Below are positions 47,096 through 59,364 of a stretch of DNA of 64,000 nucleotides, piece by piece. Below the pieces are notes generated by a model, which saw only the letters and a program-made list of their open reading frames with translations, made no database searches and was not told where the DNA came from. How positions within the stretch are numbered: position 1 is the stretch's first letter; every line of letters begins with the position of its first letter. The position numbers and the translations under genes are program-made. Source of the DNA: Octopus vulgaris (lineage: Eukaryota). Where the stretch lies: NCBI GenBank assembly GCA_951406725.2, contig OX597819.1, positions 58,590,001 through 58,654,000 of the forward strand, written 5' to 3'.

Positions 47096-48149
47096 TCACT
47101 CAATAATAATAATAATAATAATAATAATGATGATGATGATGATAAAATGATCAGTTAGGGTAGAGCATCATAGGAAAGAAATAAAGACAGCCTAATCAGT
47201 AAGACCATAATAAAATATTCATACCTTATTAACCTTCAATAGCAAATATTTATAGAAAATGTATAATAATTTAAGTTTTATGAGCTAAAAATTGTTAATT
47301 AACTTATTTAGCTTATTATATAATCAGGATTGAAGCCTGGTATTGGTTAAAAGAATAATTGTTGTTAAAAAGGACATGCTAATTATATACTAATATTAAA
47401 TTAAGAAGTATAATATAGATTTTAAAAGTTATTTGTGTTAATCCATAAATGATATTAAAGTTTTTTAGGCATACTTAATTTGAAGGGCTGTTTGTATAAA
47501 GCCAATATAAATACCAAAATGAGGAGGACAGAACACTTTAAGAAAGGGATAAAAATCTTAGTTACCAAAACTATTTTAAACAATGCCATTATTGTATAAA
47601 GTTAAAATTTAGGGCAATCAGGAAGATTTATCATTGAGGTGAGAAAACAAATTTACTATAAATTAGTTAGATTATAATCTAAGTAGTTTAATTTTAAGTT
47701 GTGAAGATATCCATGTTGTTTTTATAAGCTAAGTATGAATTTATAGGGGTACAAAAATGTAGGTTTGTCTAAAGGCAATTATAAAGTATTAAAATTATCA
47801 GATAGGGTAGAAACATTATAGAAAAAGATATAAAATAGCTTAATCACAAAAATCATGATGAAGTATAAATACAACTTAGTAGCTTCAATAGAGAAGATTT
47901 ATAGAAAATATGTAATAATTCGGGTATTTAAAACTAAAAATTGTTTATTTACTTATTTAGCTTGTATCTGTAATGACTGATATCCTGTAGTAACTAAAGG
48001 AATATTAATACTGTAGGACATGCTACCTATGCACTGATTTTAAACTAAGAGGTACATTATAGGTTTGAAATCACAAGATCAATAAAGTGCTACTTTCTAA
48101 AATATTTGAAGGTATGGGTGACACTATGTACACATGATACCCTAAGGTC

Positions 48150-48906
48150 TAACCAATTATTAATCAGGTTGCCATTATCTTTATGCTTAAAAATTTCATA
48201 TGTTTTCATAGAGCACAGCTCTCACCCATATCTACTATTTCTATAATGCTGAGCTTTTCTTATTATTTCCCATTTGAGGCTAAAGCCAATTCCACTTTCT
48301 TTCAGTTCCCAAATCTTACTGGCTAATGACATACAATTTGCCTTATGTTTAAGATTAAAGGATGCCACGTGATTCTATATACGCTGTTTCAAATTAATCG
48401 AACAACTGAAGTAAATATAATTATTAGTTGTAGTTATTATTGGGAATTTATATACTACGTTCTGGGTAAGACATTGGCCTAATAACGGACAGTAGAATTT
48501 AACTCTACAATTGCAACTAGGAGAATTGTTATAATTAATATTACAATTATTAAGATTAAAATTATTATTTTTATTTTTATTGTTAATATTTTCTCTATTA
48601 ATAATTCTATTATCAAGTATGTTATGTTCACATCTGTTATTTTCTAACTCCACTTCAATCATATTATCATATAAAATCACCTCTCCATCATCAGGCATAC
48701 TAATAGTTTCCATGCCCATATATGTACTGGAACTACAATCCATAATGTTTTTATTAGAAGTGCTACCGCTATTCCTTCAATTCACCCCATCATCATCAAT
48801 ACTACTATTTTCATTTTGTGGGTTTAAGTTATAGTTGACAGTGCTATTTATATTATTATTAATATAATTTTTATTATTGCTATCGTTATGATTATTTTTA
48901 TCATTA

Positions 48907-48964
<58 letters not shown>

Positions 48965-49200
48965 CAACAACTCTGGCTAATTTTATATTCTTCCTATTTA
49001 ATCTAGCTATGATGGTACCTATATTGGGGAGAGTAGAGTATGAGATTCTAACTGTCTTACGTGAAAAGATTCTATTATATGTATGGGAAGTAGGGAAGTT
49101 TTTTCTAAAATAGCCATAAATTTTCTATAAATGTTTGTGGATAATGCTCAGTTGTATAAGATATTGAACCAGACGAGATTCTTACCTTTAAATTTTTTGT
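48150..49200 (-). mobile_element. Degenerate Penelope-like element (Neptune-like), RT C-terminal region and GIY-YIG endonuclease
   Basis: WFNILYN..NFPTSHTYNRIFSRKTVRISYSTLPNIGTII, then CNCRVKFYCPLLGQCLTQNVVYK..LKQRI*NHVASF..SLASKIWELK..LKWEII, with stops. Confidence 0.8.
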
Positions 49201-49545
49201 GTAAGTAAGGGCGAGTCATATTTGTAATGTCGTGACATGATTAATAGTTTTGTATATATTTCTAGTGGATCCCTTATCTGGAGGAATAACCATTTCTTTT
49301 TCATTGTCACCTTTTTTATCTAACCTAAGCTTCTTACTCGTATTTGTATCCTGTCTCATATCGAAGCATACTCTGTTATTATTATTTACAATGTTAAGTT
49401 TGTAGGATAGGTTATCGTTTGGTATTTCTTCATAACTAAATAAGTTAGTAGACTTTCTATTACTCAATCTAACATTTTTTTCTCTATTAAAAGGTGCTGA
49501 ACTTTCAGGACTGAGAAAAGTAATTTCCTGGTCATATAGAGATAT

Positions 49546-49593
<48 letters not shown>

Positions 49594-49668
49594 TTGTATG
49601 TATGTATGTATGTATGTATGTATGTATGTATGTATGTATCTATGTATCTATGTATGTATATTGTTACA

Positions 49669-49822
49669 TACAAGGTGCTGAAAAGTTCCTGTTTTGGATA
49701 AAAGAAAATACAAGAGGATCAGTTTAATTATGATTTTATTCAACATATTCCCCTCTCAGATTCACACATTTATTGCAGTGGTTCTTCAGTTTTTCTAAGC
49801 CTTGTAAAAGAACTCGGAAGGT
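49669..49822 (-). mobile_element. Mariner 3' end fragment
   Basis: Minus-strand KCVNLRGEYVE* followed by a TIR-like end (tacaaggtgctgaaaagttcct on plus). Confidence 0.7.
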
Positions 49823-49902
49823 TCTTTTACAGGCTTTTCACGTTACCCTTAAAGCCAAGGACGTTTCAGCCTCCCCACAGTGCATATATGTTTGTGTGTG
49901 CA

Positions 49903-49942
<40 letters not shown>

Positions 49943-50037
49943 TGTGTGTGTGTTTATGTGTGTGCTTGTGTGTGTAAGTATATATATATTTATGTGTGTG
50001 TATGTGTGTATGCGTGTGGATATTCTTCCGTCTCCTG

Positions 50038-50070
50038 TTTCTGACGAAGAGATTTGCTCGAAACGTAAAA
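50038..50070 (+). ncRNA. Minimal type I hammerhead ribozyme motif, canonical C3:G8 core
   Basis: TTT-CTGACGA-A-GAG(atttg)CTC-GAAA-CG-TA-AAA. GUA site, palindromic ACGT stem III, short stem I. Confidence 0.65.
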
Positions 50071-50248
50071 GCCAGCTTTCTTTCTTTCCCTGAGCGTCTG
50101 CTAGTACTTTGCATGTACCACATCCTTACGTTGTTGTTTTATTTTCTTGTATTAGTTCTTCGTTTTCTTGGGATTTACCATATATATATATATAAAGAAA
50201 ATAAGACAATGTAGATAATGCTAAAATTATTTTATCAGGAAGAACATA

Positions 50249-50286
50249 TTAGTACCGGTTCCAGTATTTTAGACTTTTTCAACTAA
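50249..50286 (-). ncRNA. Degenerate minimal hammerhead motif, U3:A8 variant
   Basis: Minus strand: TTAG-TTGAAAA-AGT(ctaaaat)ACT-GGAA-CCGG-TA-CTAA. GAAA is mutated to GGAA. Confidence 0.5.
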
Positions 50287-50349
50287 GAATAAAGCCCGAA
50301 AAAAAATTAAATTGAAGAAAAATTAAATAACATGTTTTTTTTTTTAATA

Positions 50350-50489
50350 TTTCCAAGGTGGATTATGGGATGATATGTCAGAAATTGCGTGACATTGGTA
50401 TCGCTGGTAGACTGGGAGAGTGGCTGCATGATTTCCCGAAGGGTAAAAGTCAGGCTGATACAGAAAATGGTGCCCTCTCTCTCTCTCTT

Positions 50490-50563
<74 letters not shown>

Positions 50564-52560
50564 GTGACTCTAATCCTCATCGGAGTTCCCCAGGGAACAG
50601 TGCTGGGATCACTACTGTTTTTGGTTGCTCCCTCGGACCTGCCCTCAGCCATAGAGTCAGCCACATTCACCAGCTATGCCGATTATACAAAAGTATTGCA
50701 GGCGGTCAAGGATCCTACTGACATCCTAAGACTGCTGAATGAGCTGAAAGCAATATATAAATGTGCTGATGAGAATACTATGCAGTTCAATGTCGATAAA
50801 TTTCAAGCACTCCGCTATCACCCCACAAACAAACTACAGCTGAAGTACACGGGACCGGCAGGCAATGTACTTCCAGAGTTAGAGTCGGTGCACGACCTGG
50901 GAATCCACATGAGCAACGACTCAAATTTCTATGTGCATATTGCTCAGATGGCAACACTATGCAGGCGGGTGGCAGGTTGGATCCTTAGATCTTTCAGGAC
51001 CAGGGACAGAGGCACAATGTTTCTGCTTTGGAGAACCTTTGTCCTCAGTCGTCTGGACTACTGCTCCCAACTGTGGTCCCCACAGAGTGTAAAACTAGAG
51101 GCGATCTAACGCCACTAACACAAATAAGATAGACTCAGTGAAACACATGGGCTACTGGGAGGAGTTGAAGGAACTGGGACTGGATCTACTTAAACTGATT
51201 CACAAAATCAAACACCTTTAATTTTGCTCAGATTGCTTTCAATTTTGGTGTATCGATGCATCTCTGAATTTTGATTACGATCAACCAATTACTTTATCTC
51301 GTAAATTAAAGAACCTGACGTTATTTGACATTAAAGTTGGGAAATTTGGGTAATTTTAGCCAACCAACAGATAGTGAGGCATTAACAGCTTGTAACCATG
51401 ACAACCGCACGTTGTATTGTGCTTCACTTCGCCCACGTCTGTGCCGTGCGTGTGTGTGCGTGTATGTACGTGTGTGTATGTATGCGTACATGTATGTGTA
51501 GGTGTTGTGTGTTAGGAGGTATGTATGCGTTCGTGTGTGTGTGTGTGTGTATGTGTGTATGTGTGTGCATCTATGTGTGTTGTGTGTATGTGTGGGTATA
51601 TATGTGCGTTCATATGTGTGTATGTGTGTATGTGTGCATGTGTGTATTTGTGTATGTATGTGCATGTATGTATGTAGTGTGTGTGTGTTGTATGTGGGGG
51701 GTATATATGTGCGTTCATGTGTGTGTATGTGTGCATGTGTGTATGCATGTGTGTGTATGTGTGTATATATATGTATGTTGTATGTGTGTGTGTTTTGTGT
51801 GTGGGATCTAGTTAAATCGATTCACATGTACATATAAACTTATATATGAATACATACATCCACATACACTTATATGTTAAGGATGTACATGACAGGTATA
51901 CATAATACTGAGATACGCATAAAGTAAATACAGGTAACAGGTCATTTCACAGACGCTAAACTATAAATTTCGCAGGGTACAACCTTAAAGTTGACACCGC
52001 TAAGTTGACACAGCTGTTTCACTATTGGCTAAAAATACACATTTTTTTCGATTTCTAAACCTCTGTAACTTTTACCTCGTTTTTTTTCACTACAACATCA
52101 TGGATTTACAGCAATGAGAGTGGAAAAGTACATTAATATAACCGATTTTCGGGGGATGGGGTTGCTTCCTTTTAAAAAATGCAGATTTCGTGAATCAATT
52201 TAACTAGATCCCTGAGACTCTACTCACTGGAGAGGAGACGTGCGAGATATGCAGTGCTGTACATATGGAAAATAATGGGGTGGGGTCTAGCTCCAAATTT
52301 CGGAATCTAAATCTACAACAATCTCCGAACTGGACGGTACTGCACAGTACCAAAACCTCATCTTCTCCATCGAGGATACGAACCTAATATCGTAATATCA
52401 TGGGATTCAAGGGACTACCAAAGAACATCAGGGATCTGCAAGGTGTAGACATGTAAGTATTCAAAAAACCTCTAGACAGTTTTTATCGACAATATCAGAT
52501 GAACCCACATCACGGCAAGAGGTACAAAGAAGAACGGGAACGTCCAACTTGTTACTTCAC
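50350..52560 (+). mobile_element. Degenerate CR1-like LINE split by a (CT)n tract and a MITE
   Basis: GVPQGTVLGSLLF, YADYTKV, HDLGIHM, SRLDYCSQLWSP. The frame YWEELKEL resumes at 52212 as LRLYSLERRRARY. Confidence 0.88.
51182..52211. mobile_element. Non-autonomous DNA transposon (Merlin-like MITE) inserted in the CR1-like LINE
   Basis: TIRs of about 28 bp starting GGATCTA, 8-bp TSD ctgggact / ctgagact, internal degenerate (TG)n block, extra TIR copy at 51804-51825. Confidence 0.8.
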
Positions 52561-52643
52561 ACAAAAAATCCGCGGATGCAGTAAAGGCGGTGCACCAGCA
52601 TGGCCTCGGCCTCTGGCTGAAACCCATAAAAGAATAAAATAAT

Positions 52644-52716
<73 letters not shown>

Positions 52717-52807
52717 CTTCCATTGCGAAGGCTCGGTAAGTAGTAGCAGATCTGAAGAAATAATTATTATGGGTGCAGAGAAATGCTGGTTCTGGAGTTT
52801 AACTGTT

Positions 52808-52890
52808 GAAAAAGAAGAAGAAGAAGAAGAAGAAGAAGAAGAAGAAGAAGAAGAAGAAGAAGAAGAAGAAGAAGAAGAAGAAGAAGAAGA
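52808..52890. repeat. (GAA)n microsatellite
   Basis: About 26 perfect units. Confidence 0.95.
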
Positions 52891-53069
52891 GAGTGGTATG
52901 ACAGTAGTAGACTGTTCATGGAATCTTCTATAAAAGTGACCTGTTGTGGTTGTAGCAGTAGTGGCTCGAATTGATCTAAATAAATTCATGGGAAGCAACT
53001 GTTCTGAATATATCGTTTGTATATCGTGGGTATTATTCTAAGATCCTTGTAGTAGTGTCGTCTGTGGTA

Positions 53070-54760
53070 GAAACATTCAAAAGGGATTTATATTTTGTGA
53101 TGAAATATGATTCTTTGTTAATGCGCTGATTATAGGTTGCATTGTCCCTAAACTTATAGAGGGGAAAATTCTAAATTTGGGTTGTTCGTTAGTGCCGCAA
53201 ATGTCGATGTGTTCACTTAATGCTATTTTCCTGTATATTCCCGTATTTTAATCTGGGATTTACGTACGGTCATCCTCTGGCGTATGCTTTTTTGGTTTGA
53301 CCTATGTATTGATCTCGACACCCTGAGCAAGTTAACGCATATATTAGGTTTTCCGAAGAACATGTGAAGTTGTTTTTCACTGTAAAACGTGGACCCTATT
53401 TCAAGGAGAACTCCGATCCCTCAATTAGGTTGACGCCTATACCTTAGTTAGATCTTCCGCATCATTTTACTGACAGCTTCAAAGTTGTTGACGAGTTTAC
53501 TTGGGCTTGTGCTAGAAGACTTTTCATTGGTTTGGGTTATCTTTTGCTCTTTATGATAATGTGCGTTTGGCGGATTTGATTCATTCTGTGGTCCCTTTTT
53601 AGTAAAGGAATGTTCTGGAGGATGGTGTCGAAGGTTTCATTGTTTCGGGGGTTGTGTGTGGATACGTATGGTATGGTTTTTGGTTGTAAATCCTTCTTTA
53701 GTTTGGGATGTCTGAGTTCAAGGATGTTAAGTCGTAGGGTACGTTGAAAACCTATAGCATTTGGTGATGGTGGGTAGTTCCTGCTGATGAGTGTCTCCTT
53801 TAGCTCATGTAGTCGTGTGTCCCTGGTGGTTGTATCAAATATTATAGTGCAAATCCTTTTTGCCAGGTTGAAAGGGATATTCATTCTAATATGTCTGGGA
53901 TGGCATGAGTTGAACGGTAGATATTGCTTGGAGTTCGTGGGCCTATAGTATATGCCTTTTTCTGTTTTGTTGTTGGATTTCTTAATGAGGATGTCGAGGA
54001 ATGAAAGTTGTTGATGGCCATATTCCATCGTAAATTGAATGTTTATGTCAAGTCCATTTAGATGTACTTGAAATTCTTTAAGTCTGTCTATACTTTCATG
54101 CCAAACAAAGAAGCAATCATCTATAAGCCTCTTCCAGTTATTTTCTACGTACAGAGAGAATGGGTTTCCGTATTTTCCTAGTGCTTTACGATAAAAATTG
54201 ATTTCTAGGTACCCCATGACTAAGTTAGCAAAGGAGGGAGCAATTCTCGTACACATCGCAGCTCTGGATCACTGTCGATAGAAGTTATCTTTGAATACGA
54301 AGTTATTCTCTTTCTATTACGAATTATTGTTGGATGCGGTGTGGGAGTTCTTTGGAGTAATTCTCTAGCCAGAATTGGATTGCCTCTATTCCTAGGCTGT
54401 GGGGAATATTAGAATAGAGGTTGACCACATCGAAGGATACTAGTAGGGAGTTTTTATTTATTGTTTCAGGGAGGTGATTGATCATATCTAGGTCGTCCCT
54501 TATGTAGCTTTTGATATGCTTGAGGAATAGTTTTAAGAGAGTAGCTAAAAAGTTACTGAGGTGGTGAGTTTCGCATGTGGGGCCTACTATTATAGGTCTT
54601 AATTTGAGGTTATTAGGAGTAGGTACCTTGACTATCATGTCTGTGGCTCCCCTACATTTTTTTTACTTTTGTGTATCTTAGAAATAGCATAGAATTGACT
54701 GGATTTACTTTTGAAGTTAGTCATATAGTCGTATTCCTTGTCGGTGAGCCCTTCTTTGTA
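53070..54760 (-). mobile_element. Penelope-like retroelement (RT + GIY-YIG), degenerate
   Basis: LRPIIVG..SFDVVNLYSNIP..IAPSFANLVMG..WKRLIDDCF..IQFTME..FLDILI..YLPFNSCHP, then FTCSSENLIYALTCSGCRDQYIGQT, with frameshifts and stops. Confidence 0.92.
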
Positions 54761-56150
54761 TATATATATATATACACTCTCCACCAAAGAAGCCACAACT
54801 TTCAAACACATTTATCCAATGTACATCCGTATCGATAAAAATAAATATATATTTGTGTGTGCGTGTGTGTGTTAACATGTATCATAACTCAAAGATCTAG
54901 TGATGCTTATCTTCTCTATTACATTAATATCCCATCGATGTCTTTTTACATAAGTTGTCATTAATTTTTTGTCTCTTTCTTTCAGACGCAAACAGTAACT
55001 TCGTCAACGTTTCAATTCCGTTCTCATCGTCACCACCACCAACGCTACCGTACCGTCATCCTCGCCGCTATTGCCGTCATCGTTATCGTTATCATCACCG
55101 TAGATGCCACTATCATTGTCATAGTCGTCTTCTCCGTCGCCATTGGTCTATTCGTCATCATAGTGATCATCTCAACACCGTTATTATCATCGTAGACGTG
55201 ATGTCACTGTCAATTTCATAGTGTAACCCATAAAAAGGAAAATACGATATGCAATTTTGGTGATTATTCCAATGAGGTGAACTATTGATCTGAAGTGAAT
55301 TATAACACAAACTAAAACTAAGTTACTGAAAACTTAGGCGTACAAGTCGATTTTATATAATAGACCTCAAGTTTTTAGCTAAAAATTCTGAGAAGGTCTA
55401 TAATTGCCGCAAAGTTAGATATCACCATCACCGTTGGAGATAAAAGGTACCCCCAACAAAATCTATTGTTCTCAACGATGTGTTTCTCCTTCTGACTGGT
55501 TTTGCATAGTCATAAATACTAGAATTTGGTAAGGCAAAATCAGTTAGTGAAGAGAGACCAACTAGAGATGGGCGCAAGCAGACAGCTACTTGAGACAAAC
55601 GGCCAGAGGGAGAAAGAAAGCTACAATCAGCGACTATGAAACACAACTTCCCTCAACTCTCTAACTTTCACTGGCTCACTTTCTTTTCTCTGCAATATCG
55701 CTCTATCACTATTTGTGGTTTACTACTACACAAGGACGAGAACACAATCACAAATATACAAGAAGAAATTAACTCTCAGCCTCGCAATGCATTTTCCACT
55801 TATATTATTACACACACCTGCCCGTTGAGGCATGGCATTATATTAAGTAATGAATGGTAAATAAATAAATTTGAAGTCGACATCTACTTAGATTACTGTT
55901 CTTTCATCGTGCACATCTGCAACTGCAACAGCATCACCTGTTATATATGCCAACTTCCAAACAGCTAAACTTATCCTTATAAATGGTAACCAACACATAA
56001 AATAACATTTGCCGTTACACTGGTGACCACTGACTCCACCAAACAATACAGTTACATATTTTATATATAGCGTAAAGTAAACAGCTTCTAACCTACATCC
56101 AGACGGTATGTTGTTACTATACGTCAAGAATACACACACACACACACACA

Positions 56151-56191
<41 letters not shown>

Positions 56192-56587
56192 GCGTGTGTG
56201 TGTGTGTGTATATTCTTGACGTTTATATATATATATACACATAAATACATATATATACGTATATATTATATTATATTATATTATATTATACATAAGTCGG
56301 ACCCTAGTTCTGAGAGAATTTATTAGGCTTAAAATGTGTACTTACGGTAATTATTCATTCAAGTGCGAGGCTTTGCACATAAATAGCTTACTATTGTTCT
56401 CGAACAACAGAAACTGAGATGATACCACCCAATTTTCACCAGTCGAGCGTCCCCCATGGCAAAATGTGTAACTCACAAATCACCCTTGAGTCTATGAACA
56501 GAGACTATGAAAGCCTTCCCCACTGGGTTACATCAGTCTTGACCCATACCAAGAAAATCCTTCATTATGTATAAATAACATATAAAC

Positions 56588-56976
56588 GCAGGCGTGCCAC
56601 TGGGGTAAGACGCTTGCTTCCAAATCATATGGTTCTGGGTTCAATCTTACTGCGTGGCACCTTGGGCAAGTGTCTTCTACTACAGCTTTGGGCCGACCAA
56701 AGCCTTGTGAGTGGATTTGGAAGACGGGAACTGAAAGAATCCCGTCGTATATATAAGTATATATTTATGTGTGTGTGTCTTTGTGTCTGTGTTTGACCTC
56801 ACCACCACCACCACTGCTTGACAACCAGTGTTGGTGTGTTTACGTCCCTGTAACTCAGTGGTTCGCCAAAAGAGACCGATAGAATAAGTACTAGGCTTAA
56901 ATAAAAACCGTGGGGTCGATTTTTTCGACAAAAATCTTTCAAGGCGACGAGGGAAACAAATGGCTGAAACAAGTAA
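56588..56976 (+). mobile_element. Family B SINE
   Basis: Similarity to other family B copies. Confidence 0.85.
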
Positions 56977-58185
56977 AAAACGAAAAGGAACATGCAATTA
57001 AATCTCCCACGGTTGCTAAAAACTTTAGGTCCCATCGTCATTGAAGATCTTTCTTGGCTTTCCTTTCAGAGATAAAACTTACTTCAACCCATATAAAATA
57101 CAAACCGAAAATGGATCCCTGCTCTTATATCAGAGACTTTGTTAATGCTACAGACAAAAGTAGTACATCCAAAGGAAGTACACTTGTCTAATTGGTACTG
57201 AGTCATTAATCAATACAATCCAGCCTCTGTACTACTCTGTCTTCTCTGTCTGCCTTTTCCACCACTACTATAGAAGTCTCTGTTTCTCGAAGCTAGCTAG
57301 ACCCATGCCAGCGCTGCTCAAAACATTCCCTACGCATTTGTTTCTCATCATCTCATCAAGTATCTCGTTGTATCATTCAAGTATCTCGTTGTATTGGAGT
57401 TAAGGTGAAGCAACTACTGTATCGATAACGCCTATCGAAGCACAAATACACTTCCACGTATATTCTTTGTTTCCAAATAACCAGTGAGTCCTTTCTTTAA
57501 TGGCATGTTTATTTGGAAGACTCATTATCATTTGTAGTTGATTTCAATTATCACCATGCGATTGTTCTATCTTCTCTGGAGGCGGAGATAGTCTAAATAT
57601 AGCCAAAAGAAACCGATAGAATAAGTAACAGGCTTATAAATCCAAAATAAACACCGGGGTTCGTTCGTTCGACTAAATCCATCAAGACGGCGCCAGTGTA
57701 ATATAAAAGATAAAAGATGAAGACATAATAAAGACCGAAAATGTTTAACAGAAATAAATTAATGCACTTTTGGAGCAAAATCTCAGTCTAATTTATATTA
57801 ATTCACTGAAATGTGTCAGAAGCAACTCTACTTTTTTCCATGTACAACTGATTGCAAAATGTTTTTGGTTTTTCGGTTTACACCCAAAAGTCTATTTTTC
57901 TACTGACATTTAAACACATTTAACAAAAAAAAAAAACTATAATAAACTGGGTCAAATAAACAAATACTGAAAGGAGCAAATATACAAATTAAAACAAAGA
58001 GACTGCGGTGCAAACTACTACGAAGCCTGACAGATTCGAAAATAGTCAGTTTTTGTTATTTTTGAAACTAACAAGTTAATTTTTTTATTATGAACTGAGA
58101 GGTGGTAGGAGGTGCACCTTAAAATTTAAAAATTTATTTCCTGATTTATTTCTGTTGTAATGACTTCTAAATGTACACGGTATGC

Positions 58186-58374
58186 CAGTAAGGTAGCTAG
58201 GGGAGGAGCAGGACAGGGTAGGGCTGGGGTAAGTTCTGCCCCTAAATGTCACTTTTATGTGAGTGGCACTTTTGGGTCTGCACTATAAGTCTGTATAGGC
58301 TTAAGGGTCCCAGGACGGGGGAGGGGAAAATTCAAGGGCTGCTCCAGGCGACACACACTCTCGCTACGCCACTG
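58186..58374. mobile_element. Possible hAT-type MITE remnant
   Basis: Imperfect TIRs cagtaaggtagctag / ctcgctacgccactg. No clear TSD. Confidence 0.4.
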
Positions 58375-58807
58375 CTACAACATAGCTATCTGTGGGCGCC
58401 TAAGTGTACAGGGTAAGGCTTAACGTTAGAAAGCTAAATTAGAAATGACACGGAGATTCGAGTATGGACTGCATGTTGTAGCTACTGGAAGAGCTCTCGG
58501 CCTACAACCAACGATTGTAAATGAACAGTTCGCGAAAATATCAAAAGTATGAATCCCTTGCCCAAAGAGTCACAAAATTAATTAGAAAAAGATCAAGCAT
58601 AATGAAAAACAACAACCTTGCTTAATATGCTAAACATGCTTATTATGCAAAACCACTACAGCTTACATAATCAAGGTAATTTTACCTAATCAAGGAAACA
58701 TTGTTTAATCAGAGAAGCCACTTAATACTCTACCTTCTCAAGACCACAAGCTGTACAGTTTTTTAATCCAGGTACCAATTTGTTAAACCATGGCAGTCCC
58801 CACTATA

Positions 58808-59364
58808 GTGGAGGCGCGTGACTTAGTGGTTAGGGTGTCAGCACCATGCTCGTAAGATTGTGGTTTCGATTCCTGGAGCGGGCGACGCGTTGTGTTCTTG
58901 AGCAAAACGCTTCATTTCACGTTGCTCCAGTCCACTGAGCTGGCAAAATTGAGTAACGCTGCGATAGACTGGCGTCCAGTCCAGCTGGCGAACACATACG
59001 CCCTTGAAACCGGGAAACCGATCCCATGAGCCTGGCTATATTTTAAAAAGGGCGCTTTTATTTATTTGGAGGCACATGGCCTAGTGGTTAGAGCAGCAGA
59101 CTCGCGGTCGAAGGATCGCGGGTTCGAATCTCAGACCAGGTGATATGTGTGTTTATGAGCGAAACACCTAAGCTTCATGTGGCTCCGGCAGAAGGTAATG
59201 GCGAGCTTCTGCTGACTCTTTCGCCACAACTTTCTCTCACTCTTTCCTCTTGCAGCTCACCTGCGACGGACCGGCGTCCCGTCAAGGTGGAGAACCTATA
59301 CGCCAAGGAAACCGGGAAACTGGCCCTTATGAGCCAGGCATGGCTCGAGAAGGAACAAAAAAAA
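58808..59364 (+). mobile_element. Head-to-tail pair of two different tRNA-derived SINEs (family C 58810-59067, family D 59068-59364)
   Basis: Two tRNA-like heads (tagtggttag..ttcga) and related 3' ends (gaaaccgggaaac). Outer 13-bp TSD agt(c/t)cccactata. Confidence 0.85.

Larger units (their letters stand above)
43740..48065. repeat. Diverged ~870-bp tandem repeat (about 3 units) interrupted by the 45080-47147 insertions
   Basis: Marker ttattgtata(a/c)agttaaa at 43796, 44673 and 47589. Marker tataagct(g/a)agta at 44129, 45006 and about 47724. Confidence 0.8.

Noticed and set aside
43330-48100. Possible mitochondrial insertion (NUMT), given the AT-richness and strand skew
   Set aside because: No recognisable mitochondrial protein, tRNA or rRNA motif, stops persist under the invertebrate mitochondrial code, and the region is internally repeated. 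A BLAST against the mitogenome would settle it.
59068-59140. tRNA-Arg-like sequence (similar heads at 58810 and 2079)
   Set aside because: It continues into a SINE body with an A tail and TSD, and it lacks a proper acceptor stem. It is a SINE head, not a tRNA gene.
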